Shown here: piece by piece, positions 39,209-48,899 of the stretch
How the letters are laid out: each line of letters starts with the position of its first letter
How positions within the stretch are numbered: the first letter of the stretch is position 1
Source of the DNA: a virus
Lineage: Duplodnaviria; Caudoviricetes
Virus record (IMG/VR): IMGVR_UViG_3300049167_000064
Location: 1-63,696 of that record
DNA length: 63,696 nucleotides
Strand: one strand, 5' to 3'
Made by a program: the position numbers and the translations under genes
Notes under the pieces: generated by a model
The model's database searches: none
Seen by the model: only the letters and a program-made list of their open reading frames with translations
What the model was told of the DNA's origin: nothing

Positions 39209-39531
39209 TGGGTTGGGCAAGCGCCGGCAACATCTTCGACCCTGTTGCGGACGCCATGATCCGCCACGGGGCGCCGGACGAGTTGAAGACGGAAGTCCTG
39301 TCGGTGCTGATCAAGACGCTCCACGACGGCGATTGGGACACCGACGGGGAAAGTCTCGGCGCGTACGAGGACGACCCCGCCATCGTCGAAGCCTTCCGGC
39401 GCAACGGCACCGTTGTGGCGTGCAACGAGGAAACCATTTACGAGCCTGACGACGACTGGATCGTCTGCGAGGAAGAGCGCGGGCATGTCGGCCGACACAA
39501 GGACTGGTGCGGGCGTGAATGGGACGCCTAA
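39208..39531 (+). CDS. Hypothetical protein
   Basis: MGWAS...DGDWDT; TGATG coupling. Confidence 0.7.
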   Translation: MGWASAGNIFDPVADAMIRHGAPDELKTEVLSVLIKTLHDGDWDTDGESLGAYEDDPAIVEAFRRNGTVVACNEETIYEPDDDWIVCEEERGHVGRHKDWCGREWDA

Positions 39532-39577
39532 AAGTCGCGCGTCACATCTGGCCTCCAGCACCCCATAACTAAGGCGT
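39531..39577 (+). promoter_or_regulatory. Class B phage promoter motif
   Basis: AAAGTCGCGCGTCACA-N10-AGCACCCCATAACTAAGGCGT. Confidence 0.75.
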
Positions 39578-39631
39578 AGGACGACGCGATCGTCCACCCG
39601 CACACGCAACCTACGAGAGGCACTCACACAC

Positions 39632-40366
39632 ATGGCGAACAACATTGGCCGCATCTGGGAGACCGACCCCGACAGCAAGCCTCGCGAGCGTCAGTTCTCT
39701 GACGACTACGTGGGCCGCTTCCGCTCCGGCCGGCTGGTCGGGAAGCAGCCGGAGAGCCTGAACGCCTGGCGCGTGACGACCGGTGATCCGGTCGTGGCCG
39801 ACAAGATCGCCTCCCTGATGGGCGGGGAGCCGGAGGAGTGGGACACCGACAAGGAAGACAACATCGAGATCCTGTCCGACGCCGCGTCGGTTGAGATCAT
39901 CATCGAGTCGTCCGACAAGATCGACGCCTCCATGAAGCTCTTCGGGATGTCCGGCCTCGTCCACCACTGCGACGGCGTGGAGTTCCTTTCCCCGGAGGAG
40001 GACAAGGGGGAGCCCTGCGGCTGCCCGAAGCTCCTTCAGGACCGGAAGGACAAGGCGAAGTCCGGTCGCGGCCCGAAGCCGTCCATTGACCTGACGTTCA
40101 AGCTGGCCGACGCTCCGGAGCTGGGTCTCTTCCGCTTCAACTCCGGCAGCTGGGAGCTCGTCAAGGTGCTGCACACCGTCATTGCCGACGTCGACAAGGC
40201 GGGCGGGGCGACGGAGGAGAGCAAGGGAGTCGCGGTCCGCGCGACACTCGCGATTGAGAACGTCTCGTACACCACGAAGGCCGGTCGGGACGTCAGCTAC
40301 AACAAGCCGGTGATCAAGGTGCTGGGCGCCTACGAGGTCGCTCAGCAGCTGGCCGACGCCGCCTGA
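39632..40366 (+). CDS. Recombination directionality factor, phiC31 gp3-like
   Basis: VGRFRSG, WRVTTG, HHCDG, PCGCPKL, F.LAD.PELG.F.F..GSW match my recollection of phiC31 gp3; 244 aa. Confidence 0.85.
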   Translation: MANNIGRIWETDPDSKPRERQFSDDYVGRFRSGRLVGKQPESLNAWRVTTGDPVVADKIASLMGGEPEEWDTDKEDNIEILSDAASVEIIIESSDKIDASMKLFGMSGLVHHCDGVEFLSPEEDKGEPCGCPKLLQDRKDKAKSGRGPKPSIDLTFKLADAPELGLFRFNSGSWELVKVLHTVIADVDKAGGATEESKGVAVRATLAIENVSYTTKAGRDVSYNKPVIKVLGAYEVAQQLADAA

Positions 40367-40382
40367 TCCATCGCACCACACA

Positions 40383-40426
40383 GAGCGCCGCTCCTCCCGA
40401 ATTGCGGTCGGGAGGGGCGGCGCTTT
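40383..40426 (+). terminator. Hairpin terminator with AATTGCGG loop
   Basis: GAGCGCCGCTCCTCCCGA/TCGGGAGGGGCGGCGCTT. Confidence 0.75.
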
Positions 40427-40453
40427 CACGAGTCTACGCACACAGGAGGGCGC

Positions 40454-41137
40454 TTGTTCTACTACCTAGGGCGTAAGAAGCGTCTCGCTCATCTATATCC
40501 AGACCCGCAGCACGACACCATTGTGGAGCCGTTTGCGGGGTCGGCCGCCTACTCCCTGCATGGCGACCGGTGGCAGCGGGACGTAATCCTTGTGGAGAAG
40601 GATCCAGACGTTTGTGACGTTTGGCGGTACCTGTTGGAAGCCACACCGGCTGACATCGAGGCACTTCCCAACCTGCAGCCGGGCGACCGACTGTCCGACC
40701 ATCGTCAGTTGAGCAATGGCGAGCTTTGGTTGATGCGTTTCGCCATCAACACTGGGGCGTCGCAGCGGAGCAATGTGGTCACTCGGTTCAGCCGGTGGGA
40801 TGCGTCCAGGCGGTACATCGGCGCCAACCTGCACAAGATCAAGCACTGGCGGCTTGTCCAGGGAGACTACAGCGACGCACCGGACATTCCGGCTACGTGG
40901 TTTATCGACCCTCCATACCACCGATCAGGACGGTTTTACAGGACAAACGACGTCCGGTATCCGTCGCTGGCGGAATGGGTGGGTGGGCGACGCGGTGACG
41001 TCGTCGTGTGTGAGCAGGACGGGGCGGGTTGGCTCCCGTTCCGCCCCCTGGCAGGGCATAGAGCCGCACGCGGACGGATGACCACGGAGGTCATATACAC
41101 GCGAGGTCCAGCTTTCATCTCGAGCACAGCGGCTTAG
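40454..41137 (+). CDS. DNA adenine methyltransferase (Dam/D12 class)
   Basis: YYLGRK, VEPFAGS, FIDPPY. Confidence 0.85.
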   Translation: MFYYLGRKKRLAHLYPDPQHDTIVEPFAGSAAYSLHGDRWQRDVILVEKDPDVCDVWRYLLEATPADIEALPNLQPGDRLSDHRQLSNGELWLMRFAINTGASQRSNVVTRFSRWDASRRYIGANLHKIKHWRLVQGDYSDAPDIPATWFIDPPYHRSGRFYRTNDVRYPSLAEWVGGRRGDVVVCEQDGAGWLPFRPLAGHRAARGRMTTEVIYTRGPAFISSTAA

Positions 41138-41157
41138 CAGATCAGAGGAGAGAAGAC

Positions 41158-41430
41158 ATGGGCAAAGCCCGACTGACCGACTTCACGGGCGCGGAGATCC
41201 GCCGTGGGTCGCTGATCGCCTACCCGACCCGTCAGGGCAACGTCGTCAGGAACTCAGAGGCCATCGTCCTCGAGACCCTGAGCGACAAGCGGACCGGCCG
41301 CGTCGTCCCCATGCTGATGGTGCGGCCGACGGGACGGGACAGTGGCTTCATCGCACGCAAAACCCTCGCGGTGCAGACGGTCCGCGCAGAACACGTCGTC
41401 GTCATCGGTGAGACGGAGGAGGCCAAGTGA
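41158..41430 (+). CDS. Hypothetical protein
   Basis: GGAGAG RBS. Confidence 0.75.
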   Translation: MGKARLTDFTGAEIRRGSLIAYPTRQGNVVRNSEAIVLETLSDKRTGRVVPMLMVRPTGRDSGFIARKTLAVQTVRAEHVVVIGETEEAK

Positions 41431-42188
41431 CTGACTTCAAGGTGGGCGACGAAGTGTCGCTGAATACCCGTGCCGGCGCGCGTGCGGTTGTCGAGTACGG
41501 CCCGTACGGCACCGACAAAGGGACCTACCTCGTCAAGCTCCTGGAGGGCGACGACGCGGGCGATATCTTCCCTGCGCTTGGGTACGTCATGAAGCCGGTA
41601 CCCGCCTTCGCCGTGGGCGACAAGGTGGCCTACGAGTACGGCGGGGGCGGAACGCTCGTCGCTGGCCCGTTCAAGTCGGAGTATCACGACGAGGCCATCT
41701 GGGTCGTGGAGAAGTCCAACGGGACGCACATGACACCAACGGAGAACTCCCTTCGCAAGGTGGACGCGGAGCCGACGCGGGAGATCAAGGTCGGTGACCG
41801 GGTGCGTGTCGTGAATGACGACCGGTGCACGAAGCCGGGTGAGTTCATCGGACGGACGGGGAGGGTCCTGGAAGCCAAGTCCGCCGGCCGCGCGCTTCCC
41901 TTCCGCGTCAAGCTCGATGACCCGTCCGGAACGTGGTACTCCAACGGCACGTGGTGGGTGGAGGAAGTTGAGCTCGTCGACGAGCCGGCCGACACCTACG
42001 AGTACGACGGCGTGACCTACAACATCAGCGCGAAGTACCGCGACCGTGACGGCGACGTCTGGCGCTTCGAGCGTCGGCCCAACGGCGACGTACGTGGGAC
42101 CTGGCGCACCGGTGAGGTTGGCGACTGGCACTCCAAGTTGGAGGACGTGGCGACGGAATGTGGCCCGTTGACGAAGATCGATGACTAA
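41427..42188 (+). CDS. Repeat protein with (F/I)xVGDxV SH3-like modules and YRDRDGDVW C-terminal domain
   Basis: Three VGD(E/K/R)V repeats. Confidence 0.75.
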   Translation: MTDFKVGDEVSLNTRAGARAVVEYGPYGTDKGTYLVKLLEGDDAGDIFPALGYVMKPVPAFAVGDKVAYEYGGGGTLVAGPFKSEYHDEAIWVVEKSNGTHMTPTENSLRKVDAEPTREIKVGDRVRVVNDDRCTKPGEFIGRTGRVLEAKSAGRALPFRVKLDDPSGTWYSNGTWWVEEVELVDEPADTYEYDGVTYNISAKYRDRDGDVWRFERRPNGDVRGTWRTGEVGDWHSKLEDVATECGPLTKIDD

Positions 42189-42260
42189 CCCATGAACCCC
42201 TCAGCCCCCGGTGACTTCGGTCCCGGGGGCTTTGGGCGTAGGAGGAGAGAGGAGAAACCC

Positions 42261-45254
42261 ATGACCGTTGCAGAGCTCATAGCTCGACTGAAGGACGTTG
42301 ACGCAGAGCGCGAAGTGAAGATCGCTCGGTACGAGGGCGACGTTCTGTGGACGAGCGAAGTCCTCACCGTCGCCGGAGGGCGCGACGCCGCCCACGAAAT
42401 GGTCTGGCTGCAGTCCCGGTGACGCGTCAGATCCAGAAGCCGAAGCCTGCGGCACCTCGTCCGCCGGCCCCGCTCGACACCCGGACGCCATCAGGGCGCC
42501 AGCTGCCGTACTGAGGAGGAGACGTGACGCAGAGGGAGAGACTGCTCGAGCTTCTGGCGGAGTTCGGGATCGAGCCAGCCGCGAACGACGAGCCGGACAC
42601 CGAGCACGACGTGACGCTCCGGGCACACGAGGGCGGCGTCTACGGGTGGAACGGATTCCTGTGCACCTTCGAGTTCGACGACACGGGAGCCTTCAAGAGC
42701 GTCGGGGTGTGGGAGTGAGCGCCCGCATCGACGGCCTTCCCGGACGACAACTGATCGTCAGCAGCGTCCCGGGCCGTAAGGGTAAGTGGCTGTGCACCGT
42801 GAACGGTTCGGTGTTTCACACCCTGGCGAAGTTCCGGGATCAGGACGCCGTGGACGAGTTCTTCAAGTGGGTCACGGAGAACGAGGGTCGGTCACTGAAG
42901 AGGGGAGAGGACGAGTGAGCGCCTTCCTCGTAATCGACGACGCCATGGCGCCCGCACTGGGCGACGTCCGCGACGCCGGCCCGGGTGACCTGATCTACAT
43001 CCGCCCCGCAGCGACGAACCGGAAGGACTTCCCGAAGTACTGGGAGGCCGCAGGCGTAGCGCTGAAGCGCGGAGCGCTCGTACAGGTGATGAACCGAGAG
43101 GAGAAGTAATGCCAGACCGCACATTCACGCGAGAGCAACTCGAAGAGTGGGATCTCCCCGGTGGGTGGGCCGACGACGCTCCGGAGATCCTGCACCGTGA
43201 ACAAGTCGACTCCCGCCGATGGGTGTCCGTCAACGAGCTCGTGTTCCGCGCCCCGGACGACGGTAAGGCGTACCGCCTCTACTACGAGAGAGGGCTCACG
43301 GAGAGCCAGGACGGAACCGACCCGTGGGACTACGAAGACGTCATCAGCGCGGATGAGGTGGAACTCGTAGAGGTGACCACCACTGAGTGGAGGGCCGTCG
43401 TATGAGCCGCGCAATGGGCTACGACGAGGCGGAGCTCTTCCGCGTCGTGGAGAGCTACCCGAAGATGCGAGACGGCGAGCCGACCGGAGAGACGAGCCAC
43501 TTCGTCCACGGCCCGTACACCACGATCAGCGCAGCCCGTGCGGCTCGTACACGCGCGAAGCGTGAGACGTACTACCCGGGGTCGGCGCTGTTCACCATCG
43601 AGAGCACGCCGGCCACATGGACGGAGGTGGAGTGATGGGTGTCTTCGACGGCGGCACGCACCGCGTTTCCATCCGCTGGAAGAGCGGCAACGAGGACGAC
43701 GTCTACCCGGACGACGTTGTGCAGACAGTTGCAGATCTCCGCGCAGACCCCGACGTGACGGCCGTGGAAACCCGCTGGGTTCACTACGTCCTGGGTGAGC
43801 GGGACGGCGACCTGTCGTTCGGTGATTTCTGGGGCGACGAGGACGAAGAGGTGTACTGATGGCCCGACAGATGGTTGGTGACGGCCAGGACGTCTACCGC
43901 CTTCGTGTGGAGACGCACACCCCCGACTGGCAGGGGGAGACGGTCCGCTTCTTCGGCCCGTTCAACAGCATCGGGGCCGCCCGCGGACAGCGCACTGTGT
44001 TCCAGAAGCTCAGCTACGTGAAGTCAGCGGAGATCCAATGCGCGTACACGGAATGGAGTGATGTGCAGTGAGCGTCTTCGACGGAGAGATCTACCGCATC
44101 CGCGCCCGCTTCGACGACGACCCGTACTTGCATCCGGTCACCGTCTACACAGAGGACCCGCGCGCCTACTTCGACGGCCTGGCGAAGCACGACCTGTCGC
44201 CGTCGGCCGCCACCGTGCATCACCTGAACTACGTCGTGTCAGACACGGACTTCAGCTTTGGCGACTACTTGGAGGGCGAGTGAGTTACAAGCCCATGGCT
44301 GAACGCTGCGCGGCGTACCGCTCGAAGCTGAAGCCGGAGCCCTACGCGACGATCGTTCCGTCCCGTCGGCCGGAGGTGAAGTACCACGCTGGGCTAGGAC
44401 GCGCGAAGTCTGCCGTCGCCTACTCCAACGGCTACTGGGACGAAGAGCAGCGGCGCACCGTCTACGCCGCCCGCGGGGGCGAGATCTACGAGCGCACGGC
44501 CGACGGCTGGGAGCTTCTCTACCGCGTGGAGCGCGGGACACCGGACGACGAACTCCCCTGGAGGGTTGAGCAGTGAGTTACATCGACGTCTACACCTACA
44601 ACGGCGACGCGGAGGAGTACCGCGACGACGAACCGGAGACCGTCGGGGACCGGGAGTGCGGCAAGCGAAGCTTCACGGACGGCGAAGAGCTGGACGCCGC
44701 GGAGTACATCGTCAGCCTTCTCTCGGAGCGCAGGCACTTCGACGTTCGACACACGGTGTTCTGATGACTGGCGGAGAGATCGTCCCCGTCGCGTTCCTGT
44801 TGATCGCCGTGGGAATGTTCGTGTGGTTTGTCGCCGCTTGCCGGCCAGAGAAGCCAGCGGTTCAGCCGCGAAAGTTCGTCACCATGACGGACCCGGAGGA
44901 CGAAAACCGACACACGCTGCATCTGACGGGGAGTCCCGCAGAGACCTTCATGTTCCTGCGTCCAACGGGCTACGAGCTGGCCGACTGGATCACGCCACCG
45001 TTGGTACTGAAGTTCCGCGGCCCTCACGGTGATGTCTTCACTGCGCAGATGGGAGACACGCTCGTCCGTGAGGGCGCGTACCCCGGGGCACTCGTGCACG
45101 TCGAAAGGGGAGCGTGATGGACGACGAGATCAACGCCCGTCGTGTCTGGCCGCTCCCCGATCAGGAGCCTGTCGTCTTCGACAAACCCCGCAGCTGCTAT
45201 GCCTCGTGGCCGTGGCTGACGGACGACTTCATGAGGGAGGCGGAGAACGGATGA
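42261..45254 (+). other. Array of small coupled hypothetical genes (42261-42422, 42524-42718, 42715-42918, 42915-43109, 43109-43405, 43402-43635, 43635-43859, 43859-44071, 44068-44283, 44280-44576, 44573-44764, 44764-45117, 45117-45254)
   Basis: Stop/start overlaps and RBSs. Confidence 0.7.
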
Positions 45255-45721
45255 CAGAGATCCGCCCAGTGCCCAGCTTGCCGGGGGCGTGGGCATCCGA
45301 CGACGGTGTGGTCTTCCGGCCGTACAAGGGTTACACGGCTCCCGGAGCCGACTACGCAAAGGTCACGGTTCGGGGGAAGTCAGTATCTGTTCACCGGGCA
45401 GTGTGTGAAGCATTCCACGGCCCACCTCCCACTCCGATACATCAGGCGGCGCATCTTGACGGTGACCCAACCAACAACAGCGCTGCCAACCTCGTCTGGG
45501 CAACGCCAAAGGAGAACGCTGCCCACTGTGTTGCGCACGGAACTGCGCAACGAGGCGCCTTGCACTACGCGTCAAAGGTGACAGAGCGCGACGTCCGCGT
45601 AATCCGTCGCGCGCGTCGGATAGGCATCTCAGAGGCACGCCTGTCAGCCCGCTTTGGAATTAGCCGCGCGACCGTCGGGAACATCAACGCGGGGAGGACG
45701 TGGGCTCATGTCAGTGAATAA
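45251..45721 (+). CDS. HNH homing endonuclease
   Basis: VHRAVCEAFHG...AAHLDGDPTNN..NL.W.T..EN, C-terminal HTH. Confidence 0.88.
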   Translation: MTEIRPVPSLPGAWASDDGVVFRPYKGYTAPGADYAKVTVRGKSVSVHRAVCEAFHGPPPTPIHQAAHLDGDPTNNSAANLVWATPKENAAHCVAHGTAQRGALHYASKVTERDVRVIRRARRIGISEARLSARFGISRATVGNINAGRTWAHVSE

Positions 45722-46112
45722 GGCCAAAGGCACCGCGTGGGAGTCCCTGATCGTCGGCTATCTCCGTGAGCACCACAACCCGTCGGCCCGCCGCAACGTC
45801 CAGATGGGCTCGAAGGACATCGGGGACATCGACGGCTACTACCTCCACGCCCTGGAGGCGAAGGCGGAGAAGGAGATCACGCTCTCCTCGTACATCGCGC
45901 AAGCCAACAAGGAAGCCATCCACGCCGGCCAGCCCTTCGGTTGTGCCGTGGTGAAGCGGCGCATGAAGGGCGTAGCGGACGGCTATGTCGTGCGGGACTT
46001 GGCGACGGACGTGCGACTGATCAACCGGCTGAAGGTCATGGAGGAGGCGCTCCAGGACGAGGCATACGACCGGTGGTACGACATCGACGAAGAACTCCGG
46101 GAGGCAGCGTGA
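45708..46112 (+). CDS. Holliday junction resolvase (Hjc-like)
   Basis: KAKGTAWE...DIGDI...LEAK. Confidence 0.8.
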   Translation: MSVNKAKGTAWESLIVGYLREHHNPSARRNVQMGSKDIGDIDGYYLHALEAKAEKEITLSSYIAQANKEAIHAGQPFGCAVVKRRMKGVADGYVVRDLATDVRLINRLKVMEEALQDEAYDRWYDIDEELREAA

Positions 46113-46336
46113 AACAGGCAGTTATTGAGTTCTCCGGCACGCTCACCGTCTACCCCGACGGCGACGAGTACGAGGGCGGGGAGATGTCTACGGAGGACGC
46201 CCGCGGGTGGATCTCCCACGCCATGACACGCGGCGACAAACACGCGTGGAACTACGCCACGTCTGCCGGCCTCGTCGGGCCCGTGACTTACGAGGACTAC
46301 GAGGACTACGACGAGGACTACAGCGACGACGAGTAG
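46109..46336 (+). CDS. Acidic hypothetical protein
   Basis: GTGA coupling. Confidence 0.6.
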   Translation: MKQAVIEFSGTLTVYPDGDEYEGGEMSTEDARGWISHAMTRGDKHAWNYATSAGLVGPVTYEDYEDYDEDYSDDE

Positions 46337-46412
46337 TCCAACAACCGCACACAGACCGCTAGGGGCGTCCTCCGGGGCGCCCCTTCGGCATGCACAAGAG
46401 AGGGGAGACACC

Positions 46413-48899
46413 TTGAAGCTGACGGACATCCTGGCGCGACTGAGCGGCGTGGAGGAGGACCACGACGGATACCTAGCGCTCTGCCCCGCCCACAACGACA
46501 AGCGGCATCCGTCGCTGAAGCTCACGCTGAAGGAGGACGGAAAACTTCTGCTCGTCTGCCGTACAGGCTGCGACCGCGCGGACATCCTGCGGAAGCTGGA
46601 TCTGACGGCCTCCGACCTCTTCGACGTCGACGGCCAGGGCGCGCGCACCATCTCCGCGAAGGCGCCGGAGTCCGTTGGCGTTGCGGAGATCGCGGGACTT
46701 CGAGCCTTCGTCGACGAGACGGCCGACGCACTGACGACGTCGGACGAGGCCGTTGCCTACCTGGCTGACCGGTTCGGTATTACGCCGGAGCTGGCGGAGG
46801 ATCTGGGCGTAGGCTACGCGGCTCCCGGTCGTCGCTCTCAGCCGTGGCTCTCTCGCGGCTTCACGCGTTACCCGCGGGTGACGGTGCCGCTGGCCGGCTT
46901 CGACGGCGTGGTCCGCGGTCTGCAGGGACGAGACCTGTCGAAGAAGTGCCCCGCACGCTGGGTGTCCCTCGCGAATTTGGAGGGGAAGACGTGGGCAAAG
47001 TACGGCGTCCTGCGCTCCGGCGCCGGCTTCGACACGGTACTCATCTGCGAAGGCCCGGGGGACGCACTGACGGCCGTCGGAGCGGGCTACGACTCCGTGG
47101 CCATCCGCGGCGCAGGACTGGCCCGTAACGCCGCCCTTGTGGCGGAACTGGCGGACGGACTGCGGGACCTTGACGTCGTCATCGCCGGCGACAGGGACCG
47201 TGCGGGAGCCGGCTTCACGGACTCCCTGGCCGTCGCCCTCGTCCGCGCTGGCGTCATGGTGCGACGGCTCGAGATCCCTCGCGACGGGGACGACCTGACG
47301 GACTGGCGAGAGCACGACCCGGAAGCGTTCCCCGCGGCTCTGCACTCCGCCGTTCGCGCGGCCGTGGTCGTGGAGTTGGAGGCGGAGAAGCCGTCCCCTG
47401 CCCCGTCGACGGAGCCGGACGTCCCTGCCACGGATGCAGCGCTCGAAGTCATGTCGGAGTCCGCGCGACAGATGTTCAACAACACTGACGTGGGCATCGC
47501 CGTCATGCTGCGGGACTTCATGAACCGTGGTGGTGGGGGAGTGCGGTACGCCCCGGGTCTGGGCTTCCTCGTCTGGGACGGAAAGGTGTGGATCCGCAAC
47601 GACGCAAAAGTTCGCGAGGCACTACACCTGATGGGCGCCGAACTGATCGCGTCGGGTGATGACTCCATGCGCCGGCTGGCACTGAAGGCGTTGACGAACA
47701 GGAGCATTGACGCCGTCATCAAGGAACTTCCCTCCGTGCCCGGAGTGCCCGCTCGAGCGGAGGACTTCGACGCGCGGCCGGAGCTCCTCTCTGTCGCCAA
47801 CGGAACCGTGAACCTGCGCATGGGGACGATGCACCCGCACACCCCTGCGGACATGATCACGAAGCGTCTAGACGTCGCCTACTACCCGGAGGCGGAGGCT
47901 CCCCGCTGGAATCAGTTCCTGACGGAGATCTTCCCGAACCACCCGGAACTCCCGGCGTACATGCGCCGGCTCGTCGGCTACGGCATCACCGGCAGTACGT
48001 CAGAGGAGTGTTTCGCCTTCTTCTACGGAGACGGGAAGAACGGGAAGACGAAGTTCCTGGGTGCGCTCCTGCACACCTTCAAGGGCATCACGAAGTCAAC
48101 CGAATTCAGCACCTTCGAGACCCGCCCCACCATGGGGCAGGCATCGCCGGAGCTGGCTGCACTTCGCGGCGCCCGCCTCGTGACGGCCAGCGAAACGGAG
48201 AAGTACAGCCGCCTAGCGGAAGGTCTGATCAAACAACTGACTGGCGGAGACCCCGTTACAACCCGGGCGTTGTATCAGAACTCGTTCACCTACGTCCCGC
48301 AGTTCCTCTTGATGGTCGCAGGCAACTACCGGCCGGCCATCTTGTCGCAGGACTACGGAATCTGGCGACGGGTGAAGTTGATCCCGTTCGAAGCCTCCTT
48401 CAAGGGTGCGAAGGCGGACACAACCCTTGCGGCCAAGCTGGCTGCGGAGGCGGAGGGGATCCTCGCGTGGGCCGTCAGGGGCGCTCAGGAGTGGTACGCC
48501 ACCGGGCTCCAGGAGCCCGACACCGTTTACACAGCCACGCAGGACTACCGCGAATCAGAGGACCGGCTAGCCGAATTCATCGCGGCTCGACTCGTCCAGG
48601 AGGAGGGCGCTCGTGTGGCGCCCATGGCCGTCCGTCGCGCCTACGCGGAGTGGGCGGAGGACGCAGGGCTGAGCCGTAAGGAGATCCTTTCCGGCTGGGC
48701 ACTGGGAGTTGAGCTCGAATCTCGCGGCTTCACGAAGCGCCGTGTCTCCAGCCGTTGGGGCTTCGACGGTGTCCGACTCGCCACTGACGCAGAGATCCAG
48801 ACCGCTAGTCGACTGGCGGAGGGCGTCGACGAGGTGACCGACGAGCCATCCGGACCGACAGACATCTTCGGGCAGGAACGAGAGGAGGGAACCGCATGA
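46413..48899 (+). CDS. DNA primase-helicase (zinc finger, Toprim, D5/P4-type SF3 helicase)
   Basis: CPAH.D..PSL, ICEG..D, GDRD.AG, GDGKNGKT, IWRR. Confidence 0.93.
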   Translation: MKLTDILARLSGVEEDHDGYLALCPAHNDKRHPSLKLTLKEDGKLLLVCRTGCDRADILRKLDLTASDLFDVDGQGARTISAKAPESVGVAEIAGLRAFVDETADALTTSDEAVAYLADRFGITPELAEDLGVGYAAPGRRSQPWLSRGFTRYPRVTVPLAGFDGVVRGLQGRDLSKKCPARWVSLANLEGKTWAKYGVLRSGAGFDTVLICEGPGDALTAVGAGYDSVAIRGAGLARNAALVAELADGLRDLDVVIAGDRDRAGAGFTDSLAVALVRAGVMVRRLEIPRDGDDLTDWREHDPEAFPAALHSAVRAAVVVELEAEKPSPAPSTEPDVPATDAALEVMSESARQMFNNTDVGIAVMLRDFMNRGGGGVRYAPGLGFLVWDGKVWIRNDAKVREALHLMGAELIASGDDSMRRLALKALTNRSIDAVIKELPSVPGVPARAEDFDARPELLSVANGTVNLRMGTMHPHTPADMITKRLDVAYYPEAEAPRWNQFLTEIFPNHPELPAYMRRLVGYGITGSTSEECFAFFYGDGKNGKTKFLGALLHTFKGITKSTEFSTFETRPTMGQASPELAALRGARLVTASETEKYSRLAEGLIKQLTGGDPVTTRALYQNSFTYVPQFLLMVAGNYRPAILSQDYGIWRRVKLIPFEASFKGAKADTTLAAKLAAEAEGILAWAVRGAQEWYATGLQEPDTVYTATQDYRESEDRLAEFIAARLVQEEGARVAPMAVRRAYAEWAEDAGLSRKEILSGWALGVELESRGFTKRRVSSRWGFDGVRLATDAEIQTASRLAEGVDEVTDEPSGPTDIFGQEREEGTA

